Under the pieces are notes generated by a model. It did not search any database and had not been told where the DNA came from. It saw only the letters and a list, made by a program, of their open reading frames with translations. This document shows positions 1-10,403 of a stretch of 64,000 nt of DNA, one piece after another. Position 1 is the first letter of the stretch, and every line of letters begins with the position of its first letter. Source of the DNA: an uncultured Desulfobacterales bacterium (GTDB taxonomy: Bacteria > Desulfobacterota > Desulfobaccia > Desulfobaccales > 0-14-0-80-60-11); the NCBI GenBank assembly GCA_964480485.1, contig CAYZOP010000002.1, positions 370,366-434,365 on the forward strand. Reading direction: 5' to 3'. The position numbers and the translations under genes were made by a program.

Positions 1-1
1 C

Positions 2-136
2 TACTCCCTGGATGAAGCGCCGGTGGGGAGCCTGGGGGTCATCGGCCCCATGCGCATGGACTATGCCCGCATCATCCCGGTGGTCAGCTATACCGCCGAC
101 TTGGTCACTGACTGGCTCCGCAAGCACCAGACCTGA
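2..136 (+). CDS. hrcA: HrcA heat-inducible repressor, C-terminal fragment (5' part lies outside the window)
   Basis: Frame 2 reads [44 protein letters not shown] with TGA at 134-136. The GP.RMDY..IIP pattern and the position directly upstream of grpE-dnaK fit HrcA. Confidence 0.7.
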   Translation, partial: YSLDEAPVGSLGVIGPMRMDYARIIPVVSYTADLVTDWLRKHQT

Positions 137-210
137 TTTCCCAACTTTTCTGGTATGGGCATTGCTTCAGCCACAAGGGATGATTATTGTCTTGGGAGGT
201 TTAGTACGGT

Positions 211-795
211 ATGACGGAAGCCGATAATCGAGAAAAACCCGAGGTCCAGGAGGGTCCCGGCGACCTCGCCCAGGGGACGGCGGCCCAGACCGAGCTCGAG
301 GAGCTGAAACAGCAACTGGCGGACAAGACCCAGGAAGCCCAGGAGTGTCATGAGCGCCTGCTGCGTTACGCCGCCGAGCTGGAGAATTTCAAGAAACGGG
401 CTGATCGGGAACGGGCCGAACTCTTGCAGTTCGCCAACGAAAATGTCTTTAAGGAACTCCTGCCGGTATTGGACAACCTGGAGCGGGCCCTGGCCAATGG
501 CCGCCAGTTCGATGCCCCCCAGGGACTGCTGGCAGGATTGGAGATGGTGCAGCAGGAGTTCCTCAAGATTTTGCAGAAGTTCGGGGTCAATCCCCTGGAG
601 TGCGTCGGGCAGCCTTTTGACCCGGCCTTCCACCATGCCGTCATGGAAGAGGAAGCCCCGGACTTGGCCGACCAGACGGTGGCCAAAGAGTTGCAACGGG
701 GATATCTCTATCATACCCGGCTGCTGCGCCCCGCCATGGTGGTGGTGGCCCGCAGCAACAAGGCGGCTTCCCCCAAAATCGATATATCCGCATAA
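211..795 (+). CDS. grpE: GrpE nucleotide exchange factor
   Basis: 194 aa. Coiled-coil N-terminus (ELEELKQQLADK..RLLRYAAELENFKKRADRE) and a GrpE C-terminal domain (FDPAFHHAV). GGGAGG lies 11 nt upstream of the ATG. Confidence 0.95.
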   Translation: MTEADNREKPEVQEGPGDLAQGTAAQTELEELKQQLADKTQEAQECHERLLRYAAELENFKKRADRERAELLQFANENVFKELLPVLDNLERALANGRQFDAPQGLLAGLEMVQQEFLKILQKFGVNPLECVGQPFDPAFHHAVMEEEAPDLADQTVAKELQRGYLYHTRLLRPAMVVVARSNKAASPKIDISA

Positions 796-819
796 GTTTT
801 GCGAGGAGGACATAATCTG

Positions 820-2733
<1,914 letters not shown>

Positions 2734-2826
2734 ACCCGGGAAATGGGGGTCCGGAGGTGAGGGCGGGGGAGCTCGGCTCTCCTGGTCCTGATCCTTGATC
2801 ATACTTCCCAACCCAAATGGTGTAGA

Positions 2827-2853
2827 GGGGGCGTGGCGGTTCACGCCCCCTTT
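2827..2853 (+). terminator. Candidate intrinsic terminator downstream of dnaK
   Basis: 9-bp stem GGGGGCGTG (2827-2835) / CACGCCCCC (2842-2850), loop gcggtt, then TTT. The T-run is short. It lies about 95 nt after the dnaK stop. Confidence 0.45.
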
Positions 2854-2919
2854 GCCTTGGGGGAGGAGGTCATATTCCGCTGGCCTTTTGCTCTTTTCTG
2901 GTCATAATTACACCGTATC

Positions 2920-4770
2920 ATGAAGACGACGTTTTTTTTCCTGTTGCTGGGCTGCCTCACCCTGGCGGGTTGCGTGAGTCTGCCGCCGGTGGTGGTGCAG
3001 CCCCAGATCCAGGTGGGTTCCCGAATCCCGTCGACCCCGGTCCAGGATACCGGGGAAGCTCTGTTCCAACAAGCCGAGGCTGCCTACCGCCGGCAAGATT
3101 ATCCGAAAGCCTGGGAAGCTTACGCCGCCTATCTTTCCCGTTATCCCCAGGGCCCCCAGGCCTTTCGGGCCCGGATCCGGGAAGCGGAACTCACCGGTCT
3201 GATGGGCGATTGGCAGGGGGCCCTCAACCGCTATCATGCCCTCCTGGCGCAGAATCCCGACCTGGATCAGAGCCGGGAGGTGCGCTACGGCATCGGGCGG
3301 GCCCACTTTAAACTGGGCCAGTACTCCCGGGCCACCCAGGTGCTGGACAGCCTCACGGCGGCAGACCTGCCGACGCCGTTGCGCTTCGCCACCAACGCCC
3401 TGCTGGCAGAGATCGCCCTGAAGCAGGGCCAGGTGGAGTCCGCCTTCAGTCGTTTGCGCCTGGCCCAACAGGATTTGGCCAGCGGCGACAGCGAGTGGTT
3501 CGACTACTTGAAAAACCGCCTGCTGGAGCAAGCCGGTCCCGCCGACCTGGAACGTCTGGCCAACCTTTACCGGGATACGCCTTTGAGCGCCGCCCTCCTG
3601 CTGAAGCTGGCCAGCAGCGCCCAGCAGGCCGGCCGCATCGAGGAGGCCCGGGGCTGGCTTACCACCCTGAAGGAACGCTATCCCGGTAGCCAGGAGGCCC
3701 AGATGGCGGACCGCCTTTTGACCCCGGCCCGGGCCGTGGTGGGCTGCGTGCTGCCGCTGTCCGGGGACTTGGCCGCCTCCGGTAGGCGAATCCGGCAGGG
3801 CCTGGAGCTGGCCGCCCAGGGAGCCCCCCTGGAGCTCGTGCTGCAGGACGGCGGCGGGGAGGCGGGACGGACCGCAATGGCGGTGGCTGCCCTGGCCCGG
3901 CAGCCGAACCTCCTGGCGGTGGTGGGTTTTTTCTCCTCGGCGGAAGCCCCCGGGATCGCCCGGGCCGCCCAGGAAGCAGGGGTGCCCCTGGTGGCCCTGA
4001 CCCAAAAGGCTGATCTCACCGAGGCCGGGCCCCTGATCTTTCAAGCCTTTCTCACGCCCCAGATGCAGGTCAAGGAGCTGGTGCGCGCCGCCCTCGACCG
4101 CGGCTGGCGCCGGTTCGCCGTGTTCGCCCCGGATTCCGCCTATGGCCGCACCTTTTCCCAGCTTTTCCAGGAAGAACTCCAGTCCCGGGGGGGCGAGCTG
4201 GTGGTGCGGGAAACCTATGCCTCCGGGCTCCGGGATTTCTCCCTGGCCCTGTCGCCCCTGCTGGTGGAGTTCCAGTCCGCCGCCGACCGGCCTCCGGCTT
4301 TTGACGCCCTGTTCATCCCGGATGACGCCGCCACCGTGGCCGCCATCCGCAGCCAGTTGGTGGACAACCCTCTGGGCCGGGTGCCGGTGCTGGGGACCAA
4401 CCTTCTCAACCCTGCCAGCCAGCCGGCAACCTCCACCCAAGACCTGGAGGGGGTGATCTTCACGGACGGTTTTTTTGCCGGCGACCCCGACCCCGGCGTG
4501 CAGGGATTCATCTCGGCCTTCCGCCAGCGCTATGGCGGCATGCCGGACTACTTTGCCGCCCAGGGTTACCTGGCGGGGCGGCTGTTCGCCCAGCTGGCCG
4601 CCGGAGGCACCCTCAGCCGGGCCGACCTGCCCCGGCTCCTGGAAGCCTATCGGGGGAGCGCCCAGGTCCCCTGGCTCAAGGCCTTTGGCCCCCAGCGCCA
4701 AGCCGAGCTCACGGTTTATCTCCTTACCGTCCGGAACGGCCAGGTGGTGGCCGCCGACTCCAGCCGTTAA
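2920..4770 (+). CDS. Lipoprotein with an N-terminal TPR region and a C-terminal type-I periplasmic-binding fold (LivK/LpoA-like)
   Basis: Lipobox LTLAGC in MKTTFFFLLLGCLTLAGC. TPR-like repeats (EALFQQAEAAYRRQDYPKAWEAY..). VVGCVLPLSGDLAASGRRIRQGLELAA is typical of the Leu/Ile/Val-binding family. Its stop codon overlaps the stop of the convergent LysR gene (TTAA at 4767-4770). Confidence 0.75.
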   Translation: MKTTFFFLLLGCLTLAGCVSLPPVVVQPQIQVGSRIPSTPVQDTGEALFQQAEAAYRRQDYPKAWEAYAAYLSRYPQGPQAFRARIREAELTGLMGDWQGALNRYHALLAQNPDLDQSREVRYGIGRAHFKLGQYSRATQVLDSLTAADLPTPLRFATNALLAEIALKQGQVESAFSRLRLAQQDLASGDSEWFDYLKNRLLEQAGPADLERLANLYRDTPLSAALLLKLASSAQQAGRIEEARGWLTTLKERYPGSQEAQMADRLLTPARAVVGCVLPLSGDLAASGRRIRQGLELAAQGAPLELVLQDGGGEAGRTAMAVAALARQPNLLAVVGFFSSAEAPGIARAAQEAGVPLVALTQKADLTEAGPLIFQAFLTPQMQVKELVRAALDRGWRRFAVFAPDSAYGRTFSQLFQEELQSRGGELVVRETYASGLRDFSLALSPLLVEFQSAADRPPAFDALFIPDDAATVAAIRSQLVDNPLGRVPVLGTNLLNPASQPATSTQDLEGVIFTDGFFAGDPDPGVQGFISAFRQRYGGMPDYFAAQGYLAGRLFAQLAAGGTLSRADLPRLLEAYRGSAQVPWLKAFGPQRQAELTVYLLTVRNGQVVAADSSR

Positions 4771-5636
4771 GCTGCGGAACTCCCGGAACCCTGGGTTTCA
4801 GCCCATCTCCGGAGCAGCCCCAGGAATTCCTTCCCGTAATCCGGCAGCACCTTGTCCCGTCGCCTGATCACCGCCAGGTGGTCCACCGGAAATTCACGAC
4901 CCAAGGGCAAAAAGGTCAGGCGGCGCCCCGGCAGGGGGAGGTTCCCGGCCACGGTGGCAAAGGAAATCCCCAGCCCCAGCTCCACGTAGAGGGCGCTCAG
5001 CTCCACGTTGGAGGACTCCATGAGCACGTGGAAGGGGCGGCCCTCCTTTTTCAGGCGGGCTTCCAGATCCCGGCGTCCTGAGGCCCCCGGGGGCGGCAGG
5101 ATCAGGGGATAGCCTCCGATGTCCCGCCAGGTCACCCGCAGCTTCCGGGAGAGAGGATGGCCCGCCGGCACCATCAGCCGGGTTTCCAGCCGCAGCCAGC
5201 GAATCACTGCCAGGTCTTTGGGTGCAGCCGACTCCCGGGCGAAGCCGAAATCCACTTCCCCGCTGCGCACCAGCTCGATGATGACCGGCTGGGGACGGTC
5301 AAGGACCATGAGCCGCACCAGCGGAAATTTTCCGGCAAAGGCCTGGAGGACCTGGCGCAAGAGGTGGTAGAGAGTGGTGAAGGGCGCGGCCAGGCGCAGG
5401 CGGCCCTGGGGACGCCCCTGGAGGCCGGCCAGGTCCGCCAGCAGGGCCTCGTGTTGGGCCAGGACGGCCTCGGCGAAGGCCAGCACCCGTTCCCCGGCCG
5501 GGGTCAGGGCCACCCGGCGCTTGCCGATGCGCTCCACCAGGAGGGTGCCCAGCTCCGCTTCCAGGGCCTTGATCTGCTGGCTGAGGGCGGACTGGCTGCG
5601 GAAGGTGGCCTCCCCCGCCTTGGTGAAGCTCCCCAA
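4767..5636 (-). CDS. LysR-family transcriptional regulator; the true start is upstream of 5636 and non-canonical or lost
   Basis: HTH SFTKAGEATFRSQSALSQQIKALE plus a LysR substrate-binding domain. The first canonical start in frame is TTG at 5636, but conserved helix-1 residues (EWQQLLGFRHLARL) are encoded in the same frame upstream, open back to 5720. Confidence 0.85.
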   Translation of the reverse strand: MGSFTKAGEATFRSQSALSQQIKALEAELGTLLVERIGKRRVALTPAGERVLAFAEAVLAQHEALLADLAGLQGRPQGRLRLAAPFTTLYHLLRQVLQAFAGKFPLVRLMVLDRPQPVIIELVRSGEVDFGFARESAAPKDLAVIRWLRLETRLMVPAGHPLSRKLRVTWRDIGGYPLILPPPGASGRRDLEARLKKEGRPFHVLMESSNVELSALYVELGLGISFATVAGNLPLPGRRLTFLPLGREFPVDHLAVIRRRDKVLPDYGKEFLGLLRRWAETQGSGSSAA

Positions 5637-5771
5637 GCGGGCCAGGTGGCGGAAACCCAGAAGCTGCTGCCATTCCTTATCAGTTCTTCTAATTTTTTTC
5701 GTTAATATTATTTGTTTTACTTATATATGTCGGGCTGGCGACAATCAAGGAAAAAATCCAGAGGACCAGCC

Positions 5772-6206
5772 ATGCAAGAGAGCCTCAAGCCCGGCCTCGA
5801 GTTCGAGTTCGCCTTTCCCGTCACCGAGCAGCACACCGTGCCCGCCCTCCTGCCGGAGGCCCCCGAGTTCCAGCAGATGCCCCGGGTGCTGGCCTCCGGC
5901 TTCCTGGTGGGGCTCATTGAACTGGCCTGCATCAAGGCCATAACCCCCCACCTGGACTGGCCCGCCGAGCAGACCGTGGGCGTCGGCTTCCACCTGGACC
6001 ACGCCGCCCCCACCCCCCCGGGCCTGACCGTGCGCGTCCGGGGCGTGCTGGAACGGGTAAACGGCCGGAAACTCAGCTTCGCCGTCATCGCCGACGACGG
6101 AGTTGACAAAATCTCCCAGGGAACCCATGATAGGTTCATCATTCAGGAGGCCAGGTTTTCCGCCAAGGCCGCCGGAAAACTGGGGAAGCTCTCAGAGGAC
6201 GTCTGA
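5772..6206 (+). CDS. Hotdog-fold thioesterase family protein
   Basis: MQESLKPGLEFEFAF..TVPALLPE..PRVLASGFLVGLIELACIKAI..GVGFHLDHAAPTPPG pattern. Divergent from the LysR gene. The ATG at 5772 is preferred over the ORF start at 5712. Confidence 0.65.
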   Translation: MQESLKPGLEFEFAFPVTEQHTVPALLPEAPEFQQMPRVLASGFLVGLIELACIKAITPHLDWPAEQTVGVGFHLDHAAPTPPGLTVRVRGVLERVNGRKLSFAVIADDGVDKISQGTHDRFIIQEARFSAKAAGKLGKLSEDV

Positions 6207-6209
6207 GCA

Positions 6210-7166
6210 ATGATCACCCGGGTCCCGGGCTTCGCGGTGGGGCACGCCAGCGACTACAAGAACCTCACCGGCACCACGGTGGTGTTGTGCCCCCCTGGCA
6301 CGGTGGGCAGCGTGGATATCCGCGGCTCTGCGGCCGGCACCCGGCAGTTGGACGCCCTGCTGGGCTTCCACATCGTCAACGAGGTGCACGCGGTCTGCAT
6401 CTCCGGGGGAAGCGCCTTCGGGCTGGACGCGGCCGGCGGCGTCATGGAGTACCTGGAGGAGCGCGGCCGGGGCTTTGATGTGGCCATCACCCGGGTGCCC
6501 ATCGTGCCCACTGCGGTGATCTACGATCTCTCCCTGGGCAATTGCCGGGTGCGGCCGGACAAGGCCATGGGCTATGCCGCCTGCCAGGCGGCCAGGAGCG
6601 AACCCCTGGGCGACGGCAGCCTGGGGGCGGGCACCGGGGCCAGCGTGGGCAAGCTCTTAGGCATCCGGCAGGCCACCAAGGGGGGTCTGGGAACCGCCTT
6701 CCACACCGGCCCCCACGGCCTCAAGGTAGGCACCTTGGCAGTGGTGAACGCCTTCGGCGACGTGGTGGATCCCGGCACCGGCGAGATCCAGGCGGGGGCC
6801 CGCACCGCCCCGGAAAGCCGGGAATTTGCCGACGCGGTCCGGCTCATCCGCCAGGGGGTGGTGCGACACCGCTTCGGGGAGCCCAACACCACGGTGGGGG
6901 TGGTGGCCACCAACGCCCGCCTCACCCGGGAAGAGGCCCAGAAAATCGCCCAGATGGGCCATAACGCCCTGGCCCGCTGCATTCGGCCGGTGCATACCCT
7001 GTTCGACGGCGATACCATCTTCGTCCTGGCCCACCCCGAAGTGGCGGTGGACCTCCATATCCTGGGTCTGTTGGTCCAAATGGCCCTGGAGGAGGCCATC
7101 CTGAACGCCGTGCGGCACGCCCGGGGTCTGGGCGTGCTCCCCTGTTGGCAGGAGTTGCAGGGGTGA
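6210..7166 (+). CDS. P1/S58 (DmpA-like) family aminopeptidase
   Basis: ITRVPGFAVGHASDYKNLTGTTVVL..GSVDIRGSAAGTRQLD..NAFGD..TTVGVVATNARLTREEA is characteristic of the DmpA/L-aminopeptidase fold. Confidence 0.8.
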   Translation: MITRVPGFAVGHASDYKNLTGTTVVLCPPGTVGSVDIRGSAAGTRQLDALLGFHIVNEVHAVCISGGSAFGLDAAGGVMEYLEERGRGFDVAITRVPIVPTAVIYDLSLGNCRVRPDKAMGYAACQAARSEPLGDGSLGAGTGASVGKLLGIRQATKGGLGTAFHTGPHGLKVGTLAVVNAFGDVVDPGTGEIQAGARTAPESREFADAVRLIRQGVVRHRFGEPNTTVGVVATNARLTREEAQKIAQMGHNALARCIRPVHTLFDGDTIFVLAHPEVAVDLHILGLLVQMALEEAILNAVRHARGLGVLPCWQELQG

Positions 7167-7241
7167 GTGAGGGACCAGTAGGAGAGCCAGGGATCGGGGG
7201 GCCCTGCCCTCCCCGCTCCCTCGCTCCATTCTACCCGAACC

Positions 7242-7892
7242 ATGCCCAGATTCGACCCGGAACTCATCGTCTTTGACCTGGACGGCACCCTGGCGGCCAC
7301 TTTACCGGACATCGCGGTGGCGGCCAACCGGGCCTTGGCGACCCTGGGGCTACCGCCCCACCCGGAGGCCGCCATCCAGGAGATGATCGGCGGCGGGGAA
7401 GAGGCTTTTCTGCGGCGCGCCCTGGGATCCGGGCATGAGGACCTCTACCCTCAGGCCCGGGAACGCTACCTGGACTTCTACTCCCGGCATCTGGTGGACC
7501 GCACCCGCCTCTATCCGGGGGTCAGGGAGACCCTGACCGCCCTGGCGCCCCGCCGCTTGGCGGTGCTCTCCAACAAGCTGACGGTCCTCGTCGGCAGCAT
7601 TCTGGAATTATTGGGAATTGCCGAATTTTTTGTAACCGTCAAGGGGGGCGACAGCTACGGGGTTCTGAAACCTGACCCCGCCGGCCTCCTGAGCCTGATC
7701 GCCGAGGTGGGCGGCACCCCCCGGCGCACCCTCATGGTGGGCGACAAGCCGGCGGACGTGCTGGCGGGCAAGGCGGCCGGCACCGCCACCGTGGCCGTAA
7801 CGTATGGCTACGGTCAGCCGGCGCAGCTGGCCGCCGCCAGCCCCGACGCCCTCATCTCCCGGCTTCCGGACCTGCTGGACCTTATGGCCTGA
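7242..7892 (+). CDS. HAD-IA hydrolase, phosphoglycolate-phosphatase-like
   Basis: Motif I FDLDGTL, motif II LSNK, motif III/IV MVGDKPADV. Confidence 0.8.
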   Translation: MPRFDPELIVFDLDGTLAATLPDIAVAANRALATLGLPPHPEAAIQEMIGGGEEAFLRRALGSGHEDLYPQARERYLDFYSRHLVDRTRLYPGVRETLTALAPRRLAVLSNKLTVLVGSILELLGIAEFFVTVKGGDSYGVLKPDPAGLLSLIAEVGGTPRRTLMVGDKPADVLAGKAAGTATVAVTYGYGQPAQLAAASPDALISRLPDLLDLMA

Positions 7893-8052
7893 ATTTCGGA
7901 TGGAGGGCGGGGAGACCGGCGCCCCGAGGGCCGGTCGCCGAACCCACCCCAAAGCCCGCCACGCCTGCCTTCACCCCAGGGGGTTCGAGAGAGGCGCTGG
8001 CCTTGCCGGGGGGAGTGGGCGCCGCCAGGTGCCTCCCCTGGCCCGGGGCTGC

Positions 8053-8169
8053 TCAAAAAGGAGCCGCCAGGGGTTTGGACGCCAGACTCAGAAGCAGGAA
8101 AAAGATCAACCAGGACAGGATCAAACATCCAAAGGCCTCTCCCCGACTGGGGTTCCCCAAGAGCCGCAT
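8053..8169 (-). CDS. Candidate 38-aa small membrane protein (below the 60-aa cut-off of the ORF track)
   Basis: The minus strand reads AAGGAGAcggttATG. The ORF is MRLLGNPSRGEAFGCLILSWLIFFLLLSLASKPLAAPF* with one clear TM segment and TGA at 8055-8053. No homology could be assessed. Confidence 0.3.
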   Translation of the reverse strand: MRLLGNPSRGEAFGCLILSWLIFFLLLSLASKPLAAPF

Positions 8170-8397
8170 AACCGTCTCCTTGTTTTTCAGAACCGCAAGG
8201 GCTCAGACCGTCTCCGGCTTGTCCATCAGGTCGGCCTCGGTTCCCTTAACAGATCTGCCGGGTCTTTGTCTGTTAGAACAACAAGCAGGGGTTCCTGTTA
8301 ACCGCCTTCCCAACCGATTGGGGGAGCCGCCGTTTTCGCCGCCGCGTTGAGCTCGGCCAGGGGGCGGGCGGCCACCGGGGGAGCGCCGAATTTCTGT

Positions 8398-8426
8398 TTG
8401 ACAGAAATCCCGGCGGGGAATATATT
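8398..8426 (+). promoter_or_regulatory. Sigma70-type promoter for the tRNA gene
   Basis: TTGACA (8398-8403), 17-nt spacer, TATATT (8421-8426). The tRNA 5' end at 8438 is 11 nt downstream. Confidence 0.6.
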
Positions 8427-8437
8427 TCACCTTGACA

Positions 8438-8514
8438 GGCGGTGTAGCTCAGCCGGTTAGAGCATGCGGCTCATATCCGCAGTGTCCGGGGTTCGAATCC
8501 CTGCACCGCCACCA
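8438..8514 (+). tRNA. tRNA with CAT anticodon: elongator tRNA-Met, or possibly tRNA-Ile2
   Basis: Cloverleaf folded by hand. Acceptor GGCGGTG/CACCGCC, D arm GCTC/GAGC, anticodon stem TGCGG/CCGCA with loop CTCATAT, T arm CGGGG-TTCGAAT-CCCTG, encoded CCA. The G1-C72 pair argues against an initiator tRNA. Confidence 0.9.
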
Positions 8515-8541
8515 CTGATTATTTTTTGGAGGATGCGCTTC

Positions 8542-8784
8542 ATGCACAAATTACTCACCTGGGTAGTAGGGGGAGCCTTTCTGCTGAGCCTCCAGGGGGC
8601 GGCCCTGGCTCAGAAGGAAGAGAAAGCCCCGGCCGCCACCCCGGCCGTGGAATCCCAGGCTCCTGCGGGCGAAGCCGCCAAGGCGGAAAAGACCCAAAAG
8701 AAAACCACCAAAAAGACCAGCAAGAAGAGCAAGACCAAAAAGACCAAGAAGAAGGCCAAGAAGGCGGAACAGCCGGCCGAGTGA
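8542..8784 (+). CDS. Small secreted protein with a polylysine C-terminal tail (paralogue 1)
   Basis: Signal peptide MHKLLTWVVGGAFLLSLQGAALA|QKE, then an Ala/Pro/Glu-rich segment, then KTQKKTTKKTSKKSKTKKTKKKAKK. GGAGG lies 9 nt upstream of the ATG at 8542. The longer ORF start at 8464 lies inside the tRNA. Confidence 0.6.
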   Translation: MHKLLTWVVGGAFLLSLQGAALAQKEEKAPAATPAVESQAPAGEAAKAEKTQKKTTKKTSKKSKTKKTKKKAKKAEQPAE

Positions 8785-8882
8785 ACGCCGGGTATTACGA
8801 AAGCGAACTGTCGGGCTTGGGATGCCTCTCCCGCAGGGGGGCATCCCGCTTAGCTTTGACAAAACGCCCAAGGAAACGGACC

Positions 8883-9239
8883 ATGAAGCGTTGGGGTGCA
8901 TTGACTGTGGCTGGCTTGCTGGTTCTGGGGTCGGCCCATCCGCTGGTGGCCCAAAAAGAGGTGACCCCTCCTGCCATCCCGCCCATGTTGGAGGGAAACC
9001 GGCCTTTGGCTCACTCCGAGAGCCAACACCCGGAGAGTTCACCGGCGGAGGCGAGCAGTTCCACTCCCGCCGCCAAGGCCAAGCCAGACAAGTCAAACAA
9101 AAAAGAGGTCCCGGCCGCCGGCCTCAAGAAGAAAAAGGGGAAGCGATCCACCGCCGCTGCCGCCAAGAAAAAGACCGCCAGAACTGCCAAGAAAAAAGGC
9201 ACCGCCACGTCCAAGCGGACTGCCGACCGCAGTTCCTGA
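8883..9239 (+). CDS. Small secreted protein with a lysine-rich C-terminal tail (paralogue 2)
   Basis: Signal peptide MKRWGALTVAGLLVLGSAHPLVA|QKE, a low-complexity middle, and the tail GLKKKKGKRSTAAAAKKKTARTAKKKGTATSKR. AAGGA lies 9 nt upstream. Confidence 0.6.
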   Translation: MKRWGALTVAGLLVLGSAHPLVAQKEVTPPAIPPMLEGNRPLAHSESQHPESSPAEASSSTPAAKAKPDKSNKKEVPAAGLKKKKGKRSTAAAAKKKTARTAKKKGTATSKRTADRSS

Positions 9240-9498
9240 GGTCTGGGGGGAAGCAGCGCCCGCAGGTGACCTGCTGAGGCGCATCCCAAACCCACTATCT
9301 TCGCCGGACGGGCGGAGCAGGCAATGTTCGACGCATCCCAGGCAGCGCGGCTCCTCAAGGGGACAGATTGACAGCGGGCTCCACAAGTTGGAAGATGGGG
9401 CTGATGCCCCGGAGCCGCCCGAGGTTACGGCGCCCCGATGGGCAGATGACCTTCAGGCAGACCGTCCGGCGTCCTCGGGGTGCCCCGCCACCGTTTAC

Positions 9499-9891
9499 AT
9501 GGGAGGAGGCGTGAAATCAATACGATGTGCCGTTTGGCTGACAGTCACCCTGTGGCTGCTGGGGGCCGCAGCCCCGGCTGGCGGTCAGGGGTTCTTATGG
9601 GATGGCACCCATTGGTCCAAGAGCACCGAGGACGGCAAGCTGGGATACCTGTGGGGCGTGAGCAACCTGGCTGACCTGGAAGCTTCCGCCGCGGCCAAGG
9701 CCGGCACCGTTTCGGCCGTTTCCCAAGCGGTCTGCCGGGAGATGCAGCGAGCCACCGCCGTCGGGCTGATGCGGGAAGTGGATCAGTTTTACCGCCAGCA
9801 TCCGGAACGGGTCAACATGACCGTATTGGAGGTCCTGCTGAACCGGCAGGTGGCTGGGGCCGCAAAAGGGGACAAACCCGCGCCCAAATAA
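9499..9891 (+). CDS. Secreted hypothetical protein
   Basis: N-terminal signal-like MGGGVKSIRCAVWLTVTLWLLGAAAPAGG. The start is either ATG 9499 or GTG 9511; the GTG follows GGGAGGAGG. No family recognised. Confidence 0.5.
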   Translation: MGGGVKSIRCAVWLTVTLWLLGAAAPAGGQGFLWDGTHWSKSTEDGKLGYLWGVSNLADLEASAAAKAGTVSAVSQAVCREMQRATAVGLMREVDQFYRQHPERVNMTVLEVLLNRQVAGAAKGDKPAPK

Positions 9892-9977
9892 CCCGCCAAC
9901 CCAAAGCTTCGCCTTTGGCGCCAACTTCAGTTGATCGGGTCATCCAGGCAAGCCTTGCTGACCCGGGGGAGGGATCC

Positions 9978-10211
9978 ATGAAACAGGCCATCATCTTCAT
10001 CCTCATCGGAGCTCTGCTGGCCGGCGGCTGCGCCGGCATGAGCTCCACTGAGCAGCGGATGCTGAGCGGCGGGGCCATCGGCGCCTCCAGCGGCGCCCTC
10101 ATCGGCTGGGCCGCCGGTTCGCCGGCCGTGGGGGCCGCAGTGGGCGGCGGGGCCGGGGCCTTGGGCGGCCTGCTGTACGATCAATACCAGAAACAGCGGG
10201 GCCGGTTTTAA
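9978..10211 (+). CDS. Glycine-zipper small lipoprotein
   Basis: Lipobox LLAGGC in MKQAIIFILIGALLAGGCAG. Gly-zipper GGAIGASSGALIGWAAGSPAVGAAVGGGAGALGG. GGGAGGG lies upstream. Confidence 0.75.
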   Translation: MKQAIIFILIGALLAGGCAGMSSTEQRMLSGGAIGASSGALIGWAAGSPAVGAAVGGGAGALGGLLYDQYQKQRGRF

Positions 10212-10249
10212 GTTAAGCATCCCGCGCACTGCCGCCTGAGAGCGCTGAG

Positions 10250-10267
10250 GGCCGGGGTATCCCGGCC
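10250..10267 (+). terminator. Candidate terminator hairpin between convergent genes
   Basis: GGCCGGG (10250-10256), loop gtat, CCCGGCC (10261-10267), followed by ttcgaaatttt. Confidence 0.4.
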
Positions 10268-10403
10268 TTCGAAATTTTGGGGCCCCAAAGTGAAGGAAGA
10301 AAACAGGCGACGCCAGCCCCGCCTTGCTTGAACCCCTGATGGAGGTGGGGGGCCGTTCACAGCCAGGACGAGAACCGGCGGCGATGGCCGTTCCTGCCTT
10401 GCT

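Noticed and set aside
136-211. Looked for a CIRCE operator (TTAGCACTC-N9-GAGTGCTAA) in the hrcA-grpE spacer and before dnaK.
   Set aside because: No match. The element is presumably upstream of hrcA, outside the window.
8464-8541. N-terminal extension of the first Lys-rich ORF (track start 8464).
   Set aside because: It overlaps the 3' half of the tRNA gene. An ATG at 8542 with GGAGG upstream gives a clean signal peptide.
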